This document shows positions 28,963 through 38,200 of a stretch of DNA of 62,488 bases, piece by piece; the stretch's first letter is position 1; every line of letters starts with the position of its first letter. Below the pieces are notes generated by a model. It saw only the letters and a list, made by a program, of their open reading frames with translations, was not told the DNA's origin and did not search any database. Source of the stretch: a virus (lineage: Duplodnaviria; Caudoviricetes); IMG/VR virus record IMGVR_UViG_3300020042_001397, positions 1 to 62,488 of that record; one strand, written 5' to 3'. A program made the position numbers and the translations under genes.

Positions 28963-31883
28963 ACGGACTAGGCACACTACAAAACTACGTTACTGGCGGC
29001 CAAGTTACTCAAGCTTATAAAGAACTTTTAGGCCGGTTCCCGGATGCTGGTGGGCTTCAGTTTTACACCAATCCTAATCTTAGTTTAGCCGATCTAAAAG
29101 CACAGTTAGCTGGGTCCGAAGAAGGCCGGGCTTTTTTAGCTGCTCAAGCACCAACAGGTTCTGCCACTGCAATGCAGGGTAAAACTACCGCCGCACCCGG
29201 AACAGGTGGATCAGGCACCCCGCCACTAACTGTTGCTGATCTTTATACAAGATACCTTGGGCGTGAAGCTGATGAAGGTGGGTTAGCATCGTGGACAAAA
29301 CAGTTTGGAAATGAAGTAGATGCGAACGAACTTGCTAAGTTTCTTGGCGCGGCTTCTACCAAGACCGAGATGGCAAACATTCCATTGCAGCAATTAAACA
29401 CAAGCACAAATACAGGCGCTACAGGCGCTAATACAAATACCGGCGGAACCCCAGCGCTTACAGTTGCTGATCTTTATACAAAATACCTTGGGCGTGAGGC
29501 TGATGCGGGTGGATTGGCGTCGTGGACAAAACAGTTTGGTAATGAAGTAGATGCTACAGAGCTTGCTAAGTTTCTTAACTCAGCTTCTACTAAAAAAGAA
29601 ATAGCTTCTAAAACTAGCACTACTGATTCTGGCGCAAACACCAACACCAATACCAATACCAATACCAACACTGGCGATACTGATATAGCTACCAATGTAA
29701 GTGATGTAGTAATTAATCCATCCCCTGAAGTTTCAGGGGACTACACCGGGTACACTGGCGCGGCTAAAGCGCGTGCGGATATTCAAAGCACATTTAAAAG
29801 TTATCTTGGCAGAGACCCGACTGAAAATGATATTGGGTTTTACCTTAATCAATTAACTAGCGGCGGAAAAACGCTTGCGCAACTACAGTCCGATATTAGC
29901 GGAACGCCAGAAGCAAAAAGCTGGTACGCAGCACAAAATCCAACTACAACGGACACAGGTGGAATAACTACCAATACAGGTGGAGCAACAACGCAAACTA
30001 CTACTTCACCAAAAACATTAAGCAGAGATCAGATCAATCAACTGTACCTTCAGACACTTGGTCGTGCAGGTGATACGGGTGGGTTAGATTATTACCAAGG
30101 CCAAAACGTAACAAGGGATCAATTGGTTAACAGTATGTTAGGTAGCCAAGAGTACCGTGTGCCTACTGGCATTCAAGGAATTGCCCCACGTAGAGAAGCT
30201 GCAACGCTTCAAGGGCCTACAGACTTCGGTACGCCTGCATATATGGGCGGTGCGCCAATGACCCCTGTTACTGCAAAAGATTTAGGTACGAACTTCGCCG
30301 TGCCCGAAGATTATGCCGCAGTGTTTACACCAGAAACAACATACACAACACAAGACCCGATGCTAACAGAAGCGCCTGCTAGTACAGAAACTGCGGAGCC
30401 TCTTGCGGGTGGTGGATATATTGGCGAGAACCAAGACTATGCAGAGTACATGGCCGGTCAGGCCGAAGGTGGTTCAGTAAATATGGCTCGCGGTGGAAGT
30501 GTGCCCCAAGCACACGGCCTGCATGGACTTGCACAAAACATAGCCAGTAAAGGTCGTGGAGAAGACTCCATGCTGGTGCACATGACGCCCGAAGAAGTTG
30601 GTGGGCTGCGGTCTTTAGCGCTTGCACAGGGGCATGACATGCCTATCAATCCGCGTACGGGGTTGCCAGAAGCAGGGTGGTTTAGCAGCCTGTTTAAAAA
30701 CATCATGAAGGTTGTGCCGTTTGTTCTGCCTTTTACGGGTATCGGAACACTGGCTTCCGCAGGGTTGTCTGGATTAGCAGGCGCTACAAGTGGCGGTGGG
30801 TTTAATCTTAAAAAAGGTTTGATGTCGGGCATTATGAGTTATGGCATCGGCAGTTTAGCGGAAGCCGCCAAAGGCGCAAGTGCCGCAGCAAATGCAGGGA
30901 CTACCGCAACACAAGCAGCAAAGTCTTTAGTTGACCCGTCACAAATTGGTCAAGGATATGGTTCAATTGCTAAAGATTATATTGCGGCTAATACTGCCCC
31001 ATTAGCAATTCAAGGTGCCGGCAGTGCTGCTAAAGCGGGTATGGATGCTACCTATCAAGGTGGGTCTCAGGCTGCCATGGAAGCTAGTAAAACAGCTGCC
31101 ACTAATGCGGCGCAAAGTGGTATTGCCGGTGGGTATCAAGCGGCAGCGCCCGCCATTAACGCATTAGCAGGGCAGGCTTCAGCAGCAATACAACCCGCGG
31201 CAAGTGCTGCGTCACAGGCAATAGCAAACCCTAATCTAATTAACAGAGGGGTAGCGGCAGCATCTGACTTCGGTGGTAGAACGCTAGACGCAACCAGAAA
31301 TATAGGAACATCCGCCTATAATTTAGCGACTGATCCTGCGGCACGAAAAACGTTTGCGGAAACAATGGCAAGAAATGCTGCTGAAGGGCCGAACTTAGGA
31401 TTGCAAAACGCAATGACAGCTAGTGTAATAGGCGGTACGGGCGTTGCAGCAATAGACGCGGAAGAAAAATTTGCAAAAGAAGCGGCGGATATTAAGGCTG
31501 CTGAAGATGATAAAAACGAGCGCATGCGTCAGCGCGTTTATGAGATTATGCGCGGTAACCCGCTGCCACAAAACTACTCTATGGCCGGTGGTGGTTTAAC
31601 TGCGCTGGCTAGGGGCGGCAGTAGTACAGTCCCCCGTATGTTAGATGGTCCCGGCGATGGCATGAGTGACAGCATCCCCGCTATGATTGGTAATAAACAA
31701 CCAGCAAAATTGGCAGACGGTGAGTTTGTTATTCCTGCTGATGTTGTTTCCCATTTAGGTAACGGGTCGTCTAAGGCCGGCTCAAAACAACTTTACGCAA
31801 TGATGGATCGAATTCGCAAGGCTCGTACTGGTAAAGCATCACAAGCGCCGCAAGTTCGTGCTACTAAACTAATGCCCGTATAA
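28959..31883 (+). CDS. Probable internal virion/ejection protein with DUF4214-like repeats
   Basis: Five Y..LGR..D.GGL-type repeats, INPRTGLPE, C-terminal GPGDGMSDSIPA..LADGEFV. Confidence 0.7.
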   Translation: MNGLGTLQNYVTGGQVTQAYKELLGRFPDAGGLQFYTNPNLSLADLKAQLAGSEEGRAFLAAQAPTGSATAMQGKTTAAPGTGGSGTPPLTVADLYTRYLGREADEGGLASWTKQFGNEVDANELAKFLGAASTKTEMANIPLQQLNTSTNTGATGANTNTGGTPALTVADLYTKYLGREADAGGLASWTKQFGNEVDATELAKFLNSASTKKEIASKTSTTDSGANTNTNTNTNTNTGDTDIATNVSDVVINPSPEVSGDYTGYTGAAKARADIQSTFKSYLGRDPTENDIGFYLNQLTSGGKTLAQLQSDISGTPEAKSWYAAQNPTTTDTGGITTNTGGATTQTTTSPKTLSRDQINQLYLQTLGRAGDTGGLDYYQGQNVTRDQLVNSMLGSQEYRVPTGIQGIAPRREAATLQGPTDFGTPAYMGGAPMTPVTAKDLGTNFAVPEDYAAVFTPETTYTTQDPMLTEAPASTETAEPLAGGGYIGENQDYAEYMAGQAEGGSVNMARGGSVPQAHGLHGLAQNIASKGRGEDSMLVHMTPEEVGGLRSLALAQGHDMPINPRTGLPEAGWFSSLFKNIMKVVPFVLPFTGIGTLASAGLSGLAGATSGGGFNLKKGLMSGIMSYGIGSLAEAAKGASAAANAGTTATQAAKSLVDPSQIGQGYGSIAKDYIAANTAPLAIQGAGSAAKAGMDATYQGGSQAAMEASKTAATNAAQSGIAGGYQAAAPAINALAGQASAAIQPAASAASQAIANPNLINRGVAAASDFGGRTLDATRNIGTSAYNLATDPAARKTFAETMARNAAEGPNLGLQNAMTASVIGGTGVAAIDAEEKFAKEAADIKAAEDDKNERMRQRVYEIMRGNPLPQNYSMAGGGLTALARGGSSTVPRMLDGPGDGMSDSIPAMIGNKQPAKLADGEFVIPADVVSHLGNGSSKAGSKQLYAMMDRIRKARTGKASQAPQVRATKLMPV
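29226..29592 (+). repeat. Intragenic duplication of ~135 bp
   Basis: About 29226-29360 and 29457-29592 are near-identical, both encoding LTVADLYT.YLGREAD.GGLASWTKQFGNEVDA. Confidence 0.85.
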
Positions 31884-31892
31884 GGAAAGATC

Positions 31893-32861
31893 ATGGCAAC
31901 TTCTACAGTAACCACAGCAGGGGACATTCCTGATTGGATGCAGTCTTTTTATACCGGAACGCCAGCAGCGGGTGGTCAGCCTGCTATTCCGGGGCTACTT
32001 AATCGCGCTTACGCGGAGTCAGCTAAAGACTATTCAGCAGCCCATCCGGGACTAGAAGCGTCTGGCCTTGCGGGGCTTGGTGGTGTAGCAGGTATGTCTC
32101 AAGGGCAAACAATGGTAGGCCAAGAGTTGTTTGGCATGCAGACTCCGGGACAGTTCGGGTTAGGTACGCAAGCAGGCCAGAGCGCGGCTGGTACGTACGG
32201 CGGGTTGATGGGGCTACAAGGCCCCGGTGCGTTTACATCACAAGTCGCCCAGCAATACATGTCGCCATACCAGCAAAACGTAACTGACATTGCACAACGT
32301 AATGCTATTGCAGAAGCACAGAAAGCGCAGCTTAGTACTAACCTAGCTGCCGGTCGGCAAGGTACTTATGGCGGTGCGCGTCAGGCTTTGTTGCAAGGTG
32401 GCCGTGAAGCTGGCCTCCGCACTTCGTTGAGTGATATTGGCATCAAAGGGCTGCAAGACGCCTACCTTAATGCGCAGTCTCAGTTTGAACGTGATCGTGC
32501 TGCTGAGTTAGGACAGAATCAATTACGTCTGAACGCTGCGCAGGGTATGACTAGCCAAGCTGGCGTGTTTGGTAATCTTGGCACTGCACAACAAGCTGCG
32601 GACATTGATCGCTTGAAGACTACCGGCGCTTACGGCGATCTGCAACGCGGAATCCAACAGCAACAAATGGATGCAGAAGCCAAGTACCGGACAGATAAAG
32701 ATTTGTTTGGTAAGCAACAGATTGGCTACATGTCTGACATTTTACGTGGTGTTCCTAGTACGGATACTACACAAACAACCACTACACCACCGCCTAGCTT
32801 TGCTTCTCAGTTAGGGGGCCTTGGTCTGACCGGGTTGAGCTTGTACAACATAATGAAATAG
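31893..32861 (+). CDS. Probable ejection protein
   Basis: G/Q/A-rich, YMSPYQQNV and YGGARQAL, Gly-rich hydrophobic C-terminus. Confidence 0.7.
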   Translation: MATSTVTTAGDIPDWMQSFYTGTPAAGGQPAIPGLLNRAYAESAKDYSAAHPGLEASGLAGLGGVAGMSQGQTMVGQELFGMQTPGQFGLGTQAGQSAAGTYGGLMGLQGPGAFTSQVAQQYMSPYQQNVTDIAQRNAIAEAQKAQLSTNLAAGRQGTYGGARQALLQGGREAGLRTSLSDIGIKGLQDAYLNAQSQFERDRAAELGQNQLRLNAAQGMTSQAGVFGNLGTAQQAADIDRLKTTGAYGDLQRGIQQQQMDAEAKYRTDKDLFGKQQIGYMSDILRGVPSTDTTQTTTTPPPSFASQLGGLGLTGLSLYNIMK

Positions 32862-32876
32862 GCATAAGGACTCACC

Positions 32877-35279
32877 ATGATTAACACTAATCAGATCGCC
32901 ACGCAGTTAGCGCGCATGCCGGATCAGGCATTGCAACAGTTTGCGTTTATGCACAAAGACGACCCTTATAGCCTAGCAATGGCGCTGTCCGAGAGCAACC
33001 GCCGTAAAGAGATGCGCATGGGTGCGCAAGCAGTCGGTGGTCAACCGCAGCCTAAAGTTGTAGATCAGGCTATTCAAGAAATGGCACCGCCGCAAGTCAG
33101 CCGTCAGCTACCGGAAGAACAAGGCATCGGCGCTTTACCTGTGCCTAATATGCAGCGTATGGCGGATGGCGGTATTGTTGGATACGCTGGCGGTAAAGAA
33201 GTTAAGGCAGAAGACCCGCTTGCCCAGTACGAGCCAATGATTCGCGCAGAAGCTAAACGGCAAGGTATCGACCCTGAAGTGGCTATGCGTTTATTCCGTC
33301 AAGAATCTGGGGGAAATAAAAGCATCGTGTCGTCAAAAGGCGCGACAGGGCTTGGGCAGTTAATGGCCGCTGCTGCGGAAGAAATGGGCATAAAGCCAGA
33401 AGAACGCACAGACCCCGCTAAGAATATTCAAGCGTCTATCGGGTACTTTAAAAAGCAGCTTAATCGGTTTGGTACGTACGATAAAGCTGCCGCTGCGTAT
33501 AACTGGGGTCCGGGCAATTTAGAAAAGCATATTGCCAAGAGCATTAAAAAGAACCAAGATTTCCGGGTAGGCTTACCAAGAGAAACCGCTAACTATTTGA
33601 CCAGTGTAGTACCTGTGCCCTCCGCTCGTGCAGACGATGGTACTGCTGCGTCTTCTAAAAATAAACCTCCAGTAGTAGCTTCGCAACCCGCAACAACACC
33701 GCTAGGCGGCAGGGACGTTCCCGGCTCACCAGAAGCTATTGCGTATCAAGAACAGCTTAAAGCACAACGCGGTCCTGAGAAAAGCTATTTAAGGCAACGC
33801 GGCGAAGAGTTGTTAGGCGCGCCAGAAGCACTACTGTCTTTAGGATCAGGTGCGGCAGCTGTCATGGGTGCCGGCCAAGTACGTGCAGGCATTGATCGGT
33901 TGTTAGGCGGCAAAATGTCGGTAAACGAAGGTGTTGACCGGATGACGTTCTCCCCTCGTTCAGACGTAGGAAAAGAATCTTTAAGCCAAGCACATCGTGC
34001 GCTAGAAGATTTTAAAATCCCGCCGTTTATTCCCGGTGTTACTACTTCACGTTCTCGTCCGCGTTCTCCAGAAGCTGTTCGCGCTGCCGAAGCCGCGGCA
34101 CAAAAAGCCGCTATTGCTACCGCTAAAGCCGATGCGGCACAAGCCAGCGCCGCTAGAAGATCAGGCCCCGCGCAAGGGGAGTTGTTTACAAAAGAACAGG
34201 CTCCTATTCCTAAGAAGCCTGCTGCTAAAACACCCTTAAACGAAGCGATGCAGAAAGCCGTAGAAGACAATCGTCGTGCGGAACAGATGTCTTTATTTAC
34301 CGAAGCCGAGGCACCTGTGCCGTCTGCCCTAGACCGCGTGCTTAAAAAACGCGATCCTGCATTAGAAGCCGCGCAATCTGCCGCAGAAAAAAGGGCGCGT
34401 GGGGCGGAAGATGTTCGCAGCGCACGGGAAGCAGTGGAGAAACGCCAACAACTAGAAGCTAACAGAGAAGCGCTTAAAGCTAAAGAACGCGCCAAAAAAG
34501 CACAAGACGAAGCAGGCGCTAAAGACACGGAAGTTGTAAAAGAAAACATACTAGACGATATAGATAGACGTTACGATACGGAACAAGCTGCTCGCGTTGC
34601 TAGAGTACGTAGCGTTCTTCCGACCGCAGTGAGAGGTGCAAACGTTGAGCCTACTTATCCGGGCGTTACGTCGCAAGGGCCTTGGGAAGAAGACTTTACT
34701 GCACCAGAGACTAACTACCAGCCAGAAGCACCGGCAACCGCAGAAGTGCCGATTGAAGAACGCAGCCGCATGGAGCCAAAAGCGGAAGCCAAGAAAGGTT
34801 TTGGCTTCTCTGACGAAGATTTGCTGATGCTCGGCTTAACCATGATGTCCGGCGAATCTCCGTACGCCACACAAAACATAGGTAAAGCAGGTATTGCTAC
34901 CTTGAGCGCAAAGAAAGAACGTGAAAAATATGCTGCGGAACAGGCGCAGCGCGATATTATGGGTCAGTACTATAAGACAATGACGAGCACGTTGGGTACA
35001 AGTCCTGAAGAGCGCATGATAGAGCGGATGCAAAAAGACCCTAGCTACGCTGCGGCCATAGAAAAGTACCAAAGTGCTAAGTGGGCACCTAGAACGGAAA
35101 CCACCGAGCGCGATTTTATGAAACAATACGAGGCATTAACCAAAGCAAACCCGACATTTGGCATAGATAATCCTGATGCCGCGGTGTGGGTACAAAACCA
35201 AATGAGAACACGCGGGCTTACTGCGGGTGCAACGCCTAGCTTTACGTCCAGTTCTGCCAAATTTTTAGGATACGAATAA
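32877..35279 (+). CDS. Ejection protein with SLT lytic transglycosylase domain
   Basis: QESGG, GATGLGQLM and AAYNWGPG motifs. Confidence 0.85.
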   Translation: MINTNQIATQLARMPDQALQQFAFMHKDDPYSLAMALSESNRRKEMRMGAQAVGGQPQPKVVDQAIQEMAPPQVSRQLPEEQGIGALPVPNMQRMADGGIVGYAGGKEVKAEDPLAQYEPMIRAEAKRQGIDPEVAMRLFRQESGGNKSIVSSKGATGLGQLMAAAAEEMGIKPEERTDPAKNIQASIGYFKKQLNRFGTYDKAAAAYNWGPGNLEKHIAKSIKKNQDFRVGLPRETANYLTSVVPVPSARADDGTAASSKNKPPVVASQPATTPLGGRDVPGSPEAIAYQEQLKAQRGPEKSYLRQRGEELLGAPEALLSLGSGAAAVMGAGQVRAGIDRLLGGKMSVNEGVDRMTFSPRSDVGKESLSQAHRALEDFKIPPFIPGVTTSRSRPRSPEAVRAAEAAAQKAAIATAKADAAQASAARRSGPAQGELFTKEQAPIPKKPAAKTPLNEAMQKAVEDNRRAEQMSLFTEAEAPVPSALDRVLKKRDPALEAAQSAAEKRARGAEDVRSAREAVEKRQQLEANREALKAKERAKKAQDEAGAKDTEVVKENILDDIDRRYDTEQAARVARVRSVLPTAVRGANVEPTYPGVTSQGPWEEDFTAPETNYQPEAPATAEVPIEERSRMEPKAEAKKGFGFSDEDLLMLGLTMMSGESPYATQNIGKAGIATLSAKKEREKYAAEQAQRDIMGQYYKTMTSTLGTSPEERMIERMQKDPSYAAAIEKYQSAKWAPRTETTERDFMKQYEALTKANPTFGIDNPDAAVWVQNQMRTRGLTAGATPSFTSSSAKFLGYE

Positions 35280-38200
35280 TGCCTATTGCCCGCTTCCAGA
35301 TGCCTGACGGCCGGATAGCTCGCTTCGAAGTACCAGAAGGGACTACGCCAGAACAAGCGCAAGCAATGATAGAGCAGGCAATGGCGGGGGTGCAGCAGGC
35401 GGCTCCTGCACGTAAAAAGGGATTTGGCGCTGCGGTAAGTCAAGGCTTAGAGTCGTTGCTGTCTAGTGGGCAGACCGCATTAGGCGCTTTAACAAGCACG
35501 CCCGAGGAAGAAGTTGCAGCCGCAGCACTACGCCGTAGTCAAGAACGTTCCGGTAAGTACGCAGAACAAACCGGGCTAGACTTACTTAAAAAAGTGTACG
35601 AAGAAAAAGGGCTTGTTGGCGGCGCTAAAGAAGTAGTACGACAAGTTCCTTTAGCTATTGCAGAACAAGCTCCTAATCTAGCGGCTATGTTTGGCGGTGC
35701 TCGTCTTGGCGCTATGGCTGGTTCGGTTGCGGGACCCGGCGGTGCCGTTATTGGCGGTATTGGTGGTGCGTTAATTCCTTCGGCAGTACAGCAGTTTGGT
35801 ACCAACGTAGAACGCAGAGCCGCCGAAGGTTTGCCTGCGGACTTTAAAACTTCCGCCGCTACGGCCGTACCGCAAGCTGGGTTGGACGTTGCTGGCACAT
35901 TGATTCCGTTTGGCGGCAAACTTGTCACTAAGCTGACGGGCATCCCGATGGGTGCGTTATTTGGTAAAACTGCCGCACAAGCAGAAAAGATTGCTAACGA
36001 GCGTTTGTTGGCCACGCTGGCTAAAGGTACTGCCACGGGCATGGCCGCCGAGATTCCTACAGAGATTGCCCAGCAGATGTTAGAGCGTGCGCAAGCTGGC
36101 CTGTCGTTGGCTTCGCCAGATGCGTTGGAAGAGTATGGCCGTACGGCATACCAAGTCGGGCTGTTAGGTCCTTTGGGTGCAGTAGGTCGTGTGTCTGAAA
36201 AGATGGGCGCTCAGGAAGATATTCTTCAACGCCAGAAGGATGCGCAAGCTGCCACCGTCGCAGCCCTTGCTAGTGCACCAGCGCCAGAAGTAGCTCCCGA
36301 ACCAGCACCAGCCGAAGTAGCCCCATTACCGGCCGAAGCAGCACCTGCTGCTGAACCTTTGCCAACAGCCCTTGCACCGCTTACGCCTAAGACTGCACCT
36401 GCGGCTCCTGTTGAGTTAGCGCCTGCTGTTGAGCCTGTGTACACACCGCCTGCTGGGGACTTACCTAGCTTGATGGACCAGCACCGCACAATGGCGTTGA
36501 AGCTTGACCCGTTCGAGACACAACTGCAAGCGGCCGCTACTAAAGGTGATACCGCTGCCATCAATGCCCTCCTCCCACAGTACAACGAGCTCAAGACACA
36601 AGTTCAGCAGCTCGGTACGCACATTGAGAAGTTGGGTGGTACGACCGTTGACGCTGCCACATTCGAGACTACTTCCGCAGCAACCGTAACGGATATTGAT
36701 AAAAAAATTGCCGCTGCACAAAAGAAACTGGCTGAAGCTGGTGCGCTTGGTGACTTCGAAGCTATGCCGAAGCTGGGTACCAAATTAGATACGCTTAAAG
36801 CGGAGCGAGACAAACTAACTGCGGATATTGAGTCTCGGCGTAGTGTGTTAGCCGAGCAGCAAAAGGGTCTGACGCAGCGTGGTGAGACACGCCCACTGTT
36901 TACAGAAGCCGAAGCACCGGAACCAACGCGTGAGCAACAACAGAAGTACGCTGAGTCTCGCGGAGAAGTCTTTGCGGAGAAGCCCGAACAAGCTGCCACT
37001 ACAGAAGTTACTATTGCGCCTGAAAAAGAAACAGCCCCTACAGGTATGTACGACCTGTTCGGCGACTTCAATCTGCTGAACACGGCAATCAATGATCGTA
37101 ACCCACAGGTGCTGGCTAACATGCACCGTGCTCGTCAACGCGCAGATCAAAAAGCCTTGGAAGCAAGAAAGCCTACGCGTACACCGCGTGAGCAGGTAGC
37201 AGAACTGTTAGGCCCTCAGATTGGCAAAATTATTCGTCGTGAGCGTAACTACGATGTGCGCGAGATTGAGACGGGTGAGCGTAAGGGGCAGGAGGTTTAT
37301 GTCAGTGATGATATAGCCGCAGAGATTACACGTTTGCGTGATGTTGTTGAGAAACCTGTTGGTAACGCCAAGCGGTCTTTGTTGCAGCAACTGCATGATG
37401 AGTTTGATTTGCTGGAAAAACGTGACACTGCGTTACAAGAAGCTATTGCTGCCGGTGCATCAGAAGCTAAACTCACTACGTTGCGTAACCAAGTAGCTAC
37501 AGCCCAAACACGATACGAAAAGAAACTAGCGCGTGTTGCGCCGTACCGTGCGAAGCTTGACGCTCAACTAGCCAAGCTATACAAAGAAACAGAAATACAA
37601 ACGCCGCGTCAAAAAGAAGCGGAACTGCAAGCTTTGGGTACGTCTGCGCGTGCACTGTCACGCGAAGCAAAGCAAGCTAAGAAATCTACCAAGGCTGAGT
37701 TAGGTCTTAAAGCACAAGCGGAACTAGACGCCGTTCTTGACGATGTTGTGCGCGAAGTTGGCTACAAGACAGAAGAGTATCAAAAGCTGGTAGGACCGGC
37801 ACAAAAGAAACTCAACGATAAAGTAGAGCTACTTAAAAAGTTTGTTGATACTAGCGTAGCTAAACTCGAAGCCTTAAAAGCAGAAAAAGGCGAGGACTCG
37901 AAAAAGTACAACACCGCCGTTACTAATTTTATCAAGCAGAAAAAAGATCGCACTCAAGTTGTAGATGCTTTTGCTAAGAGCGTGGCCGCAGACCTTGAAG
38001 CTAAAGCCAGAGCTATTGGTGCAGCCAGCCCTGCCCTTGCCGAAGCGCAAGAAAAAGCCAAGAAAGAATTCGCAAAACGCGAGAAGCCCGTAGCCGAGGC
38101 GCAAGAGCCTGTGTACCAACGCGGCACGCAAGCCACTCGTAAGATAGCTAAGTTAAGTGAGATACGTACAGAATCCCCAGAAAGTCGCGCTGAGACTGCG

